Source of the DNA: an uncultured bacterium
GTDB taxonomy: Bacteria; Patescibacteriota; Minisyncoccia; UBA6257; 2-01-FULL-56-20
Reading direction: 5' to 3'
DNA length: 64,000 bases
Assembly: GCA_963696395.1 (NCBI GenBank)
Contig: CAVOJZ010000002.1
Location: 720,619 to 784,618 of the forward strand
Part shown: one piece after another, positions 9,605 through 19,609 of the stretch
Numbering within the stretch: the stretch's first letter is position 1
Layout of the letters: every line of letters starts with the position of its first letter
Made by a program: the position numbers and the translations under genes
Notes under the pieces: model-generated
The model's database searches: none
What the model was told of the DNA's origin: nothing
Seen by the model: only the letters and a program-made list of their open reading frames with translations

Positions 9605-10012
9605 TTGCCGAAAAACCTATGTTTTTTGAACATTATGCCTGAAGTTCCAAAAGAAGGAGCTCATTATATAACTTTAAAAGAAGCCGCAAAAATATCCGGT
9701 TACAGCCCGGACTATTTGGGGCAGTTAATAAGAAAGGGCAAATTGGCTGGTAAGCAGGTTTATCTTAACGTCGCATGGGTCACCACGGAAAAGGCGCTTA
9801 AGTCTTACCTTGAAGAGAATAAAGGAGGGATAAGAAAATCGGATTTTGGGGTAATTTTCCGCGGAAAAATTCGACGATGGCTCGAAGCCCATAGTTCGAG
9901 CGATCAGATCGTCCATTTTGCGAGGCGGGTTATTTATATAGTCATCGCCTTACTTTTCATATTTTGCATGTTTTTGCTCTACGCGATAGCGGTAAATGCA
10001 ATCTGGCGATGA
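9605..10012 (+). CDS. small protein with an HTH-like N-terminus and a C-terminal TM helix; first gene of the long plus-strand block
   Basis: ITLKEAAKISGYSPDYLGQLIRKGKL resembles an HTH. C-terminal hydrophobic helix. Its stop overlaps the next start (ATGA at 10009..10012). The true start may be the internal Met at 9635. Confidence 0.45.
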   Translation: MPKNLCFLNIMPEVPKEGAHYITLKEAAKISGYSPDYLGQLIRKGKLAGKQVYLNVAWVTTEKALKSYLEENKGGIRKSDFGVIFRGKIRRWLEAHSSSDQIVHFARRVIYIVIALLFIFCMFLLYAIAVNAIWR

Positions 10013-12108
10013 AAAAAACCATTATGATTTTCACTGTCATCCTTATCGTCTTTGCGGGTGCGCTCGCAGAGCGGGCTTTTGCAGGCGTTGGCGTTCCCAG
10101 GATCATCAGTTATCAGGGCCGACTCCTGGATTCAAGCGGAAACCTCTTGGGCGGGAGCGGCGCGGCTTATTGTTTTCGTTTTTCGCTTTTTAACGCTTCA
10201 TCCGGGGGTTCGCAGGTCTGGCCCGCGGCCACGGCATCTATCATGACGGCGACTGTGGCAAACGGGGTCTTTAATATCGGCATCGGGGACACAAGCGCCG
10301 GAGGGGACGCATTAACCTACGACTTCCAAAGCAACGACACGATTTATCTCAACGTTCAGGTCGCAACAAAAGTTGATCCGGTGTGTACGGGCGGCAGTGA
10401 AGTCTTCGAGACCCTCTCGCCGCGTGAGCGGGTGGTTGCCGCAGGATACGCAATCAATGCGGCAGCAGTCGATGGGTTCAATGCGGGAACTAATGCTTCC
10501 GGAACTATGATCCCGGTGATTTCATCTGATACGCTGACGCTCGCAGGAGTTAATCCTCAGATCAATGTGACCTCAACGAACACGCTGACGCTCCAAGGGG
10601 GAGCCGGCACCGGCAACATTCAATTTTTTTCGGCGACCAACTTTATTAACAATGCCGGCGCGCTAACGGTGGCGAGCACGGTGACGGGCAGTATGCTTCA
10701 GGCGACGGCGACTTCAAGCCAGTTTGTTTTTCAAGGTATCGCGGCAAGCGGAACCTTGAGCTGGACGCCGACGGTGAAAGGGACGCTCACGATACCGAAT
10801 TTCGCAACTTCAACCGACACGATTGCGCTTGTAAATTTTGCGCAGACATTGAATAACAAAACGCTTGCTTCGCCGATATTAAATTCATCAACGGAAAACA
10901 ATCCGACCCTGGTTTCGGCGACGGCGATTCTTGGCATGACGGTTTTGCAGAATGCGGCTGGCACGGGGCTCACATTGATGCAAAACGCCACGGGAACTGC
11001 GCTCGCGATCACAAACGCGCCGACGTCAACCCAGGTTTCGAGCACGGTCTCGATCACGAACGGTGTGAATGTCACGGGCGCAGCGCTTCTCGTTGCCAAT
11101 TTTGGATCGGGCAACGCCTTGCAGGTAAACGATGCATCATCAACAGTGTTTACAATCGATCAAAACGGCAACCTAAGATTTAATCCTTCAATCGATACAA
11201 GTACGGCTTTTGCAATTCAGAACGCGAGTCAAACCATAACCTTGCTTGCTGCCGATACGCTGAATAATGACATTAAAATCGGTCGGAACGGCGCAGCCGG
11301 AGCAATTCCGACGCTTTTGCGCTTGGACGAAAAAGCCGACGCCGGTGACCCTACCGGTTTCCCGGGGGCGATGTACTACAACTCAAGTACGGCAGAATTC
11401 AGGTGCTATCAGGGGACAGCTTGGTATAACTGCGTCCCGACAAACATGCAGTGGCAACCGGCATATTCGACGGCGCGCATTGGCTACTGGTCGACCTCAG
11501 GTGAAGCGGTGACGACGATGTCGAGTACCAATCTTATTGCGCCGACTATTACTGGCACTGCTGCGGCAAGCGCGCAGGCGGAAGATTACTATGTTCAATG
11601 GACGAGCGCCGCAACGAACGGGTCTGTCGGAGGATTAACACAGACGTTTACGCAGACGCAACCCCGCTATTTGCCGCGGCTTGCGACGAGAATTAGAACC
11701 GACACGGCGATTACGAGCCGGCGCATCTGGATTGCATTGAGCTCCGCGGCGCTGACGGGTTCTGATGGCACAGGCACACTCGCCACCGCCTATTTCGGAC
11801 TCCGCTATTCCACGAACGCAGGCGACACGACCTGGCAATGCGCGTCTGGTGACGGTACGACGGGCAGTGTCTTGAACACGGGAGTAACCGTCACAGTGAG
11901 CACGTACTACGACATTATTCTCGACGCATCAACGCTTGGACAGCTCACGTGTTCGATTGCAACAAATGGCGGTAGCTATGTTTCAGTGACGAAATCGACA
12001 AATATTCCGACGAGTACGACGGCGCTTGGCATCACGGACGCCGTGACGACGCTTACTACGACCGCCGACATCCACAGGGTGGCATACGTCTATCTTGAAA
12101 CTCGATGA
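10009..12108 (+). CDS. large secreted Thr/Ala/Ser-rich surface protein
   Basis: Signal peptide MKKTIMIFTVILIVFAGALAERAFA. 700 aa, beta-rich, low-complexity T/S/A composition. ATGA-overlapped with the flanking genes. Confidence 0.7.
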   Translation: MKKTIMIFTVILIVFAGALAERAFAGVGVPRIISYQGRLLDSSGNLLGGSGAAYCFRFSLFNASSGGSQVWPAATASIMTATVANGVFNIGIGDTSAGGDALTYDFQSNDTIYLNVQVATKVDPVCTGGSEVFETLSPRERVVAAGYAINAAAVDGFNAGTNASGTMIPVISSDTLTLAGVNPQINVTSTNTLTLQGGAGTGNIQFFSATNFINNAGALTVASTVTGSMLQATATSSQFVFQGIAASGTLSWTPTVKGTLTIPNFATSTDTIALVNFAQTLNNKTLASPILNSSTENNPTLVSATAILGMTVLQNAAGTGLTLMQNATGTALAITNAPTSTQVSSTVSITNGVNVTGAALLVANFGSGNALQVNDASSTVFTIDQNGNLRFNPSIDTSTAFAIQNASQTITLLAADTLNNDIKIGRNGAAGAIPTLLRLDEKADAGDPTGFPGAMYYNSSTAEFRCYQGTAWYNCVPTNMQWQPAYSTARIGYWSTSGEAVTTMSSTNLIAPTITGTAAASAQAEDYYVQWTSAATNGSVGGLTQTFTQTQPRYLPRLATRIRTDTAITSRRIWIALSSAALTGSDGTGTLATAYFGLRYSTNAGDTTWQCASGDGTTGSVLNTGVTVTVSTYYDIILDASTLGQLTCSIATNGGSYVSVTKSTNIPTSTTALGITDAVTTLTTTADIHRVAYVYLETR

Positions 12109-13235
12109 AATTACCAATGACCAGCATGAGAGTTAATACATTTCTTCTTGCGGCAACACTTGCCTTCGTTTTTGCGCCTGTGACACGTGCAGCGACGAGT
12201 GCCGTGAATTTTAACGCGGACACCGGCATGCTTTCCGTAACCGGAAGTTGTTCTGGCCGCTACGTTCTCGTGGTCATCAAAAATACTTCAAGCGGAGCTA
12301 TCTGGGGGAGCAGCAACCCGCCGTGTGCGAGCAGCACCTACAACTACACCATGGCAGTTCCGGATGACATCCGCACGGGCGGTGCGTATTCCATAAGCGC
12401 GTTCGATAACGGCGTGTCGAGTTCTTTGGGCAACGGTCCGAGTCAACCCGTTATTCTCGTGCCGTCGCCAAGCATAGGCCAGACCGCACCCGCGGTCATC
12501 GGCAGCTCTTCGATCACGCTCGATACGTCATCGCTTGCGGTTGCACCCGACGATATTTCTTTTGTGGACAGCGTACTGCAAAGCGTCTTCGGCATTGCAA
12601 CGTCGGTGGTTGATACGGTTGAATCCACGGTCGTAGCCGCGGTCCAGGTGTTTGCGAAAATGTTCACCGTTCTGCCCGGGGGATCGATCCGGGTTCCGGA
12701 GGGCCAAAACCAGATTTCAGGACAGGGCATACTCGCGGCCGGTGACTCGGATGTCTTCATTGCGAACACCTCCGTGACATCGTCCTCTGAAATCATCATC
12801 ACCCCGACATCCCCGACGGCAGTTCCGCTCGCCGTCGCACAGATTGTAGATGGCAACGGTTTCCATGTTGACGCGATAAGCCCGCAGCAGATCTCCGTGT
12901 CCTTCTCGTGGCTTATCGTTGGCACGTATGCCACCGGCGCTTCGAGCTCCGTGCAAGCGCAGATGCCGCTTCCGCAGTTGTCCGGCGCGCAAACGATTTC
13001 CCCGGTTATCGGCGCTGTTTCGTCCTCAGATTCCGCTCCGAGCGGAACAGCCAACACGAGCGGAACGGATCTCTCGGGTAGCGCGGATAATTCACCCTCG
13101 GCTTCTATGGGTATCGCAAGCACGACCGATGCAAGTGACACCGTGAATGCCGCAACGACCACCGTATCGAGCGACGATACAACTACAACTACAACTGATG
13201 AAACTTCCACCGATGCAAGTGACACCCCGCAATGA
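12105..13235 (+). CDS. secreted Ser/Thr-rich surface protein
   Basis: Signal peptide ...FLLAATLAFVFAPVTRA. The C-terminus is extremely S/T/D-rich, like an O-glycosylation stalk. Confidence 0.65.
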   Translation: MKLPMTSMRVNTFLLAATLAFVFAPVTRAATSAVNFNADTGMLSVTGSCSGRYVLVVIKNTSSGAIWGSSNPPCASSTYNYTMAVPDDIRTGGAYSISAFDNGVSSSLGNGPSQPVILVPSPSIGQTAPAVIGSSSITLDTSSLAVAPDDISFVDSVLQSVFGIATSVVDTVESTVVAAVQVFAKMFTVLPGGSIRVPEGQNQISGQGILAAGDSDVFIANTSVTSSSEIIITPTSPTAVPLAVAQIVDGNGFHVDAISPQQISVSFSWLIVGTYATGASSSVQAQMPLPQLSGAQTISPVIGAVSSSDSAPSGTANTSGTDLSGSADNSPSASMGIASTTDASDTVNAATTTVSSDDTTTTTTDETSTDASDTPQ

Positions 13236-13262
13236 AAAGGTCGCGAATAATAAATTACTGAC

Positions 13263-13691
13263 ATGCGCGAAACAATTAATTTAGCGGAACAGCACGACGT
13301 ACCACGGCCCCGTCGGGGGAGAATGCTTATCACGGTGATCGTTGTCGTTGCGGTTGTTCTACTTGGATGGTGGTACGTGAATGGCGCAACGCAATGGAAA
13401 GCGGTTTTTCTTACGAACAACCAGGTATACTTTGGACATTTTTGGGATGTTCCGTTTGCCGGGACGATTACCCTCAGGAACGTGTACTATCTCCAATTTT
13501 CAACACCGGGTCAACAACTCGACACTCAGGATCAATCGCAGCTGAAGCTGGTGAAACTTGGAAGTGAGATCCACGGTCCGACCGATGAGATGGTGATCCC
13601 TATATCGCAGGTGCTTTTCTGGGAGACACTCCGCTCCGATAGTGCGATCGTAACGACCATCAAGAATGGGCAGACTCAAACCACTCCATAA
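13263..13691 (+). CDS. small membrane-anchored hypothetical protein
   Basis: N-terminal TM segment (MLITVIVVVAVVLLGWWYV) and a 142-aa frame sitting inside the operon. Confidence 0.5.
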   Translation: MRETINLAEQHDVPRPRRGRMLITVIVVVAVVLLGWWYVNGATQWKAVFLTNNQVYFGHFWDVPFAGTITLRNVYYLQFSTPGQQLDTQDQSQLKLVKLGSEIHGPTDEMVIPISQVLFWETLRSDSAIVTTIKNGQTQTTP

Positions 13692-15015
13692 ATTAATCAT
13701 CGCGGTGCTTTCGGGGGCGTTGGTTGCGGCGCTCGCAATGCCATTGGTTCGCACATTTGCCGATACGGCTTCGAGCACCGATTTTATGATTCAGGATGGG
13801 TTTGTTGGATTTTTTGGCGGCTATGCCTCATCAACCGATTTTCAGGTTGTGAGCGGCGGTGCGCCGATCATCAATTCGAATGCAACCAGCTCGGATTTTA
13901 ATTCGAATACCGGACCTGTGAATTACGGCGATTTTTCCCCGGTATCGCAAACGTGGCGGTGGTACGGCGATCCGAACGATGAAACGCCGACCAGTTCGCT
14001 TGCCGCAGAAAATACGGCGCCGTCGAATATTGCAAACGCCCAAATAATCAAACTACGGCTCAACATAAAGGAAACAAGCGGGATCATGGGAAGCGACAAT
14101 CTCAAGTTCCGGTTGGAGTACGCCGAGTCGTCAGATTTTACGGTCGCGCCCGGTTTTGTCGCCGAGGCGACGGGTTGCGGCGCTACGTCAACCTGGTGCT
14201 ATGCCACGAGCACCGGCGGCAATGATAATCAGATTATCTCGACCGCAATTCTTTCAACAAGCAACCCGTGCAGCGGAGGTGTCGGCAATGGTTGCGGCAC
14301 CCACAACACTTCGGGCATAAGTTCGGCAACGTCAACGCAGAACGCCGGCGCGACAACGGAATATGAATTTACCATCGTCGCATCGGGCGCCGGCAGCGGC
14401 AACACGTATTTCTTCCGTCCGATAAATACCGCAGACGGAAGCGTTGTTCCGCTCGGGGCCACATCGAGTTATCCAAGCCTTGTGACGCAGGGAGCAACAC
14501 TTACCTTTAGCGTGAGCGGTTTGCCACAAAGCACGAGTACGAACGGCGTCACGACAAATGTTTCAACGACGGCAACGGGGATACCATTCGGCACGCTTGC
14601 GCTTGGCACGAGCACGATCGGAGCGCAACGGTTGTACGTTTCAACCAACGCGGCGAACGGATATGAATTGTATACCGAGCAGGATCAACCGCTCATGGAC
14701 TCGCGCGGCGACCTCGTCCCCGGAGTTTTAGGGACCAACGCCAGTCCGCTTCCGTGGGCAAACGCCTGCGCCGCAACTTCGACGGGATGTTATGGCTATC
14801 ACGCCGGCAGTTCGGTGCTTTCAGGCGGTTCAACGCGGTTCGCCGCCGCCGACAGTTACGCCGCGCTCACCTCGACGATCGCCGAAGTCGGCTATAGCGG
14901 ATTTCCTATAACGAGCAGCACGATGGACATGGTCTACCGTGTCCAGGTCGCGGGAACTCAAGTGACCGGAGCGTATCAGGACAATCTCATGTATGTCGTC
15001 GCACCATCATACTGA
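13666..15015 (+). CDS. secreted surface protein carrying the shared C-terminal module (WxL-like)
   Basis: Signal peptide. C-terminal region (GIPFGTLALGT...NGYELYTEQDQ...QDNLMYVVAPSY) aligns with the C-termini of 17150, 18417, 26980 and 33629. Confidence 0.65.
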   Translation: MGRLKPLHKLIIAVLSGALVAALAMPLVRTFADTASSTDFMIQDGFVGFFGGYASSTDFQVVSGGAPIINSNATSSDFNSNTGPVNYGDFSPVSQTWRWYGDPNDETPTSSLAAENTAPSNIANAQIIKLRLNIKETSGIMGSDNLKFRLEYAESSDFTVAPGFVAEATGCGATSTWCYATSTGGNDNQIISTAILSTSNPCSGGVGNGCGTHNTSGISSATSTQNAGATTEYEFTIVASGAGSGNTYFFRPINTADGSVVPLGATSSYPSLVTQGATLTFSVSGLPQSTSTNGVTTNVSTTATGIPFGTLALGTSTIGAQRLYVSTNAANGYELYTEQDQPLMDSRGDLVPGVLGTNASPLPWANACAATSTGCYGYHAGSSVLSGGSTRFAAADSYAALTSTIAEVGYSGFPITSSTMDMVYRVQVAGTQVTGAYQDNLMYVVAPSY

Positions 15016-16007
15016 TGAATAAAAGATTTTTTCATACTATAGCGTTCGTGATGGTTGCGATCGGCCTTGTCGTCCGCGGATTTTTTATGTCCGAGGCGTT
15101 TGCCGCGGATCTCGTGGTCTCGCCGGCGGTGATAGACGGGAACGGCGTGCCCAACGACATTTTGAATTACACCGTTACGGTTGTTAACACAACAGGACAA
15201 CAGCAAAATGTATTTGCCTCGGTCTATGAACTCACGCCAAGCGGAACGCAGCCATTTACCGACCCTTCCGATTCAAATCGGCCGGCGTTGCTCTCCGATT
15301 GGATCAGCGTCACGCGCGGCGCGTTGTTGTTTGCTCCGCACGAGTCAAAGACATTGCCGGTTACCGTACAAATCAATCCATATGCGCTCGCGGGGGATTA
15401 CCACGCCGTCATTGCCTTCGTTGAGGGGGGCACCCGTGATGATGCCGAAACGCATCTTGTTGGTGCGCCGCAAGCCATCGTCAACATGTCCGTTGCATCA
15501 AATCTGGTGGCGAGCCTGAAGATCGACGCATTCGCTACAGCAAAAGGATTTTATTCCGGATTTCCGGTGGACTTTAATTACACAATCGAAAATTCCGGCG
15601 ATGTCGCCGCAACGCCATCGGGCCAGATCATGCTCTACGACCGTCTGGGGCACGAAATCGGTTCTCTTGACGCGAATCCGAACGGGATAAGCATTGCCCC
15701 GGGAGAAAAAAAATCGTTTAGCGCGACATGGTCGAGCGGCAGCGGACTTGGACAATATAAAGCGGTCCTTGATATTTCATACGGAGCGGACAATGATAGA
15801 CTTGAAAACACGGCGATCGTCTGGGTTTTGCCGTGGAAAAAACTCGCGATTATATTCGGCTCGCTCTTCGTTGTTATGATTATTACGGCCCTATGGTTGC
15901 ACCATGAATATGCGAAGCGCCATCATCGCCGCCGCCGCGCGCTCGAAGCCTTGTTAAAAAGGAAAACCATGGAGCCAATTCTCGACCTTCGCCATCCCCA
16001 TGAATAA
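15015..16007 (+). CDS. cell-surface protein with signal peptide plus C-terminal TM anchor (DUF916/CscA-like architecture)
   Basis: Signal peptide and an approximately 250-aa beta-rich ectodomain. A C-terminal TM (LAIIFGSLFVVMIITALWL) is followed by a basic tail (HHEYAKRHHRRRRA). Paralog of 16000, 19610 and 35578. Confidence 0.65.
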   Translation: MNKRFFHTIAFVMVAIGLVVRGFFMSEAFAADLVVSPAVIDGNGVPNDILNYTVTVVNTTGQQQNVFASVYELTPSGTQPFTDPSDSNRPALLSDWISVTRGALLFAPHESKTLPVTVQINPYALAGDYHAVIAFVEGGTRDDAETHLVGAPQAIVNMSVASNLVASLKIDAFATAKGFYSGFPVDFNYTIENSGDVAATPSGQIMLYDRLGHEIGSLDANPNGISIAPGEKKSFSATWSSGSGLGQYKAVLDISYGADNDRLENTAIVWVLPWKKLAIIFGSLFVVMIITALWLHHEYAKRHHRRRRALEALLKRKTMEPILDLRHPHE

Positions 16008-17073
16008 AAAAGTTGCCATCATCTCTCTTGTCTTTGTCTGCTCAGCGCTGCTTTTGCCTGCGGTGTCGTTTGCGCAATCCGCGGATTCAACTTCACTCAC
16101 CATCACGCCGCCGTTTTTCGAATTGAATGTGAGCCCCGGTGATTCGTGGTCGAGTTCGATCAGAGTGGTAAATACCAACGCAACCGATATTCAGGTTCAC
16201 GCGATCGTCATGGGCTTCGCTGCATCCGATGCCGAAGGGCACGGAAACTTTATCCCATTGTCCAATTTGTCGGGGGATAGCGATGCGCTCGCGAACTGGG
16301 TCACCGTTTCACCCTCCCCGATCACTGTGCCCCGGGGTGGTGCAACGGACGTCCCGTTTTCGATTTCGGTTCCATCGGACGCGTCACCCGGAGGCCATTA
16401 TGGCGCGATACTTATCGGAACGGGGGCGCCGACGGTTGCTTCGGGGACGTCGCAGGTCGGCGTGAGCAGCTATATTTCTGCACTGATTTTCGTGAGCGTC
16501 GCGGGCAATATAGTTAATTCGGCGCAAATCACTCAATTTTCAACAGACAAGGGTGCTTATCAGGCGCCGGATGTTCATTTCGCGGTCCGTGTACAAAATG
16601 ACGGCAATGTTCATGTGCGACCGGTTGGGTTCATTCAAATATACAACGCGTTCGGCAAGAAACGAGGTGAAATTCCTATAAATCAGTCGGGTAGTCTCGG
16701 ATATATCCTGCCGTCGAGCACCCGTGAATTCGATGTTGAATGGCAGGGAACGCCGAGTTTGCTTGATATCGGACCTTATACTGCCGTCGTGAGCCTTGCC
16801 TATGGGGAAAACGGCATCGACAGTATCTCGGAAACCGTTGGATTTTGGATTGTGCCAATTTGGCAGATTTTGGAGGTTCTTTTTGTGGCTTTGATCATCT
16901 CACTACTCTTTATATTTATCGTTCGTCGCTCCGTCCGGAAAATGCTTGCAAATGAGATGTCGCGATACGGCGAAATTCCGCCGTCGCAGCCAGAGCAAAA
17001 GAAAGCTTCCGAAAAAAAGAATAATTTATCATCCGGCGGGCACGACTCCGGAACTATCGACTTGAGAAGATAG
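16000..17073 (+). CDS. cell-surface protein, paralog of the anchor family (DUF916-like)
   Basis: Signal peptide. Conserved motif SPGGHYGAILIGTGAP. C-terminal TM (ILEVLFVALIISLLFIFIV) plus basic tail. Confidence 0.7.
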   Translation: MNKKVAIISLVFVCSALLLPAVSFAQSADSTSLTITPPFFELNVSPGDSWSSSIRVVNTNATDIQVHAIVMGFAASDAEGHGNFIPLSNLSGDSDALANWVTVSPSPITVPRGGATDVPFSISVPSDASPGGHYGAILIGTGAPTVASGTSQVGVSSYISALIFVSVAGNIVNSAQITQFSTDKGAYQAPDVHFAVRVQNDGNVHVRPVGFIQIYNAFGKKRGEIPINQSGSLGYILPSSTREFDVEWQGTPSLLDIGPYTAVVSLAYGENGIDSISETVGFWIVPIWQILEVLFVALIISLLFIFIVRRSVRKMLANEMSRYGEIPPSQPEQKKASEKKNNLSSGGHDSGTIDLRR

Positions 17074-17149
17074 GGAGCGATAGGCGATTGTGTATAACTT
17101 GCCGGCATTTTCGCGTTATAATACCTTCAAGAGCGAAATTTTTCTTTGC

Positions 17150-18286
17150 ATGCGGATTAATCGATCAACTTTAAGAAAAGACTTGTCTGTTTCGGCGGCG
17201 CTCGGTCTTTTTATCAGCATCACCTTGTGGACTGCCGGTTTTCAATATTTACCGATTGTTCATGCGGCGAGCCTTACTTCGGTGAAAGATACAATGAGCG
17301 ACTCCCGCCCCGGATATCCGGCTAACCACACGATCGTCTTCACGAATCCGTCTTCAACAGCAGCCGGACTCACCATTTCATACACCTTCGACCCCAATAC
17401 CAGCGCATTCGGCAGTGTCACTTCAACGAGTATTGCGAACGTTACTTCCACCGGTATGACCATCGTCTCCACCTGTTCGGCCGGCACCAACAACGTGAGT
17501 ATGGCAACAACCTCATATAACGTGCTCACCTTCACGGTCTGCGCGAGTAATACGGTTGCATCCGGAACGGTGACTCTGAAGATTCTCGGCAACACCATCA
17601 CGAACCCCACGAGCACCGGATCCTACATCATCCGCATCGGCGGCACCCAGCCGAGCTCGGCTGATACGCGTGTTGCCATTGTGAACGGCGTCAATGTGAC
17701 GGCCGCGGTTGCAACCACCTTCACTTTCACGGTTTCTCCGCTTGCGACATCAACCACACTCCTGAATAATGCGACGACGACGGGTAATGACACATCAACC
17801 ACTCTGCCGTTCGGAACCATCAGCCCGAATACCCACAACGAACTCGGTCAACAGCTCAACGTCACAACGAATGCTTCAAACGGGTTCGCGGTTACCATGC
17901 ATGAAGACCAGGACATGACAAGCAACAAGGGGAATGTCATCCACGTCTTCTCAAACGGAAACGCAACTTCAACGCCGAGCCCGTGGACTTCACCGCAGAA
18001 CATCATTAACCAGTCATGGACCTACGGTCATGTCGGTATCACGAGCGACGACGTGAGCAGCAGCATCGTCGGAGGACCGAATTTCGGAACCAGCACCCCG
18101 CTCTACGCAGGAAGTTTCAATCCGACATCAACGCTCACGGTATTCCTCTGGAATGGCCCGGCCGATGGCGTCACCCAGAATGTGGGAGCCGCGAAAGTTG
18201 CGGTGCGTATCGAAATCAGCCCTCTGCAGGCAGCCGCAAACGACTACACGAACAACCTAATCTACGTAGCGACGCCGGTGTTCTAA
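17150..18286 (+). CDS. secreted Thr/Ser-rich surface protein, tandem duplicate copy A (WxL-like C-terminus)
   Basis: Signal peptide. The mature region is about 99% identical to 18417..19553. Ends ...ANDYTNNLIYVATPVF. Start taken at the Met of MRINRSTLRKDL, by analogy with copy B. Confidence 0.7.
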   Translation: MRINRSTLRKDLSVSAALGLFISITLWTAGFQYLPIVHAASLTSVKDTMSDSRPGYPANHTIVFTNPSSTAAGLTISYTFDPNTSAFGSVTSTSIANVTSTGMTIVSTCSAGTNNVSMATTSYNVLTFTVCASNTVASGTVTLKILGNTITNPTSTGSYIIRIGGTQPSSADTRVAIVNGVNVTAAVATTFTFTVSPLATSTTLLNNATTTGNDTSTTLPFGTISPNTHNELGQQLNVTTNASNGFAVTMHEDQDMTSNKGNVIHVFSNGNATSTPSPWTSPQNIINQSWTYGHVGITSDDVSSSIVGGPNFGTSTPLYAGSFNPTSTLTVFLWNGPADGVTQNVGAAKVAVRIEISPLQAAANDYTNNLIYVATPVF

Positions 18287-19556
18287 GGATTAGGGGGTGT
18301 TGACAACAATGGAAATAGGTTGTGGATAACTACCCTTGAAATGTTGACAACTTGTTATGATACAATTATTACAAATGGAAATCGGGTCGATTTCCTACAT
18401 AAAATAAAATAAAAATATGTTAGCCAACTCGCGGAAACTCAGAAAAGACTTAACGGTCGCAATCACCTTCGGACTTCTCATCAGCCTTATCACGTGGTCG
18501 GTTGGTTTTCGATATCTCCAAACTGTGCATGCGGCCAGTTTGACGTCGGTTAGCGACACTTTGAGCGACTCCCGCCCCGGATATCCGGCTAACCACACGA
18601 TCGTCTTCACGAATCCGTCTTCAACAGCAGCCGGACTCACCATTTCATACACCTTCGACCCCAATACCAGCGCATTCGGCAGTGTCACTTCAACGAGCAT
18701 CGCGAACGTTACTTCCACCGGTATGACCATCGTCTCCACCTGTTCGGCCGGCACCAACAATGTGAGTATGGCAACAACCTCGTATAACACGCTCACCTTC
18801 ACGGTCTGCGCGAGTAATACGGTTGCATCCGGAACGGTGACTCTGAAGATTCTCGGCAATACCATCACAAACCCCACGAGCACCGGATCCTACATCATCC
18901 GCATCGGCGGCACCCAGCCGAGCTCGGCCGATACACGTGTTGCCATTGTGAACGGCGTCAATGTGACGGCCGCGGTCGCAACCACCTTCACTTTCACGGT
19001 TTCTCCGCTTGCGACATCAACCACGCTCCTGAATAATGCGACGACGACGGGTAATGATACCTCAACCACCCTGCCGTTCGGAACCATCAGTCCGAATACC
19101 CACAACGAACTCGGTCAACAGCTCAACGTCACAACGAATGCCTCAAACGGGTTCGCGGTTACCATGCATGAAGACCAGGATATGACGAGCAACAAGGGGA
19201 ATATCATCCACGTCTTCTCGAACGGAAACGCAACTTCAACGCCGAGCCCGTGGACTTCACCGCAAAATATTATCAACCAGCCATGGACCTACGGCCACGT
19301 CGGTATCACGAGCGATGACGTGAGCAGTACTTTGGTGGGTGGACCAAACTTCGGAACCAGCACCCCGCTCTACGCAGGAAGTTTCAATCCGACATCAACG
19401 CTCACGGTATTCCTCTGGAATGGCCCGGCCGATGGCGTCACCCAGAATGTGGGAGCCGCGAAAGTTGCGGTGCGTATCGAAATCAGCCCTCTGCAGGCAG
19501 CCGCAAACGACTACACGAACAACCTAATCTACGTAGCGACGCCGGTGTTCTAAGGA
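17270..19556 (+). repeat. direct tandem duplication of about 1.02 kb (two gene copies, about 99% nucleotide identity) separated by a unique spacer
   Basis: The coding sequence GAGCGACTCCCGCCCCGGATATCCGGCTAACCACACGATCGTCTTCACG... through ...ATCTACGTAGCGACGCCGGTGTTCTAAGG occurs twice. Only a handful of substitutions separate the copies. Confidence 0.85.
18417..19553 (+). CDS. secreted Thr/Ser-rich surface protein, tandem duplicate copy B
   Basis: The nucleotide sequence from about 18530 to 19556 is near-identical to 17270..18290. The signal peptide and upstream region diverge. Confidence 0.7.
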   Translation: MLANSRKLRKDLTVAITFGLLISLITWSVGFRYLQTVHAASLTSVSDTLSDSRPGYPANHTIVFTNPSSTAAGLTISYTFDPNTSAFGSVTSTSIANVTSTGMTIVSTCSAGTNNVSMATTSYNTLTFTVCASNTVASGTVTLKILGNTITNPTSTGSYIIRIGGTQPSSADTRVAIVNGVNVTAAVATTFTFTVSPLATSTTLLNNATTTGNDTSTTLPFGTISPNTHNELGQQLNVTTNASNGFAVTMHEDQDMTSNKGNIIHVFSNGNATSTPSPWTSPQNIINQPWTYGHVGITSDDVSSTLVGGPNFGTSTPLYAGSFNPTSTLTVFLWNGPADGVTQNVGAAKVAVRIEISPLQAAANDYTNNLIYVATPVF

Positions 19557-19609
19557 AAAGAGGGTCTTGCAGGCGGGTTCATATATGCTAGACTCAATTC
19601 ATAACCACG

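Noticed and set aside
12443-13420. 325-aa ORF on the minus strand opposite the secreted protein gene 12105..13235. Similar long antisense ORFs occur at 3222..3812, 24514..25140, 28444..29010, 2409..2786, 10731..11114, 25804..26169 and 26018..26563.
   Set aside because: The sense strand of each carries a clear signal peptide and family motifs. The antisense frames are open because the Thr/Ser/Ala/Gly-rich sense genes use GC-rich codons. They have no start context or motifs. They are shadow ORFs.
17260-18883. Near-identical minus-strand ORFs 17260..17616 and 18395..18883 (MLVGFVMVLPRIF…).
   Set aside because: They are antisense images of the tandemly duplicated surface-protein gene. Their identity merely reflects the duplication.
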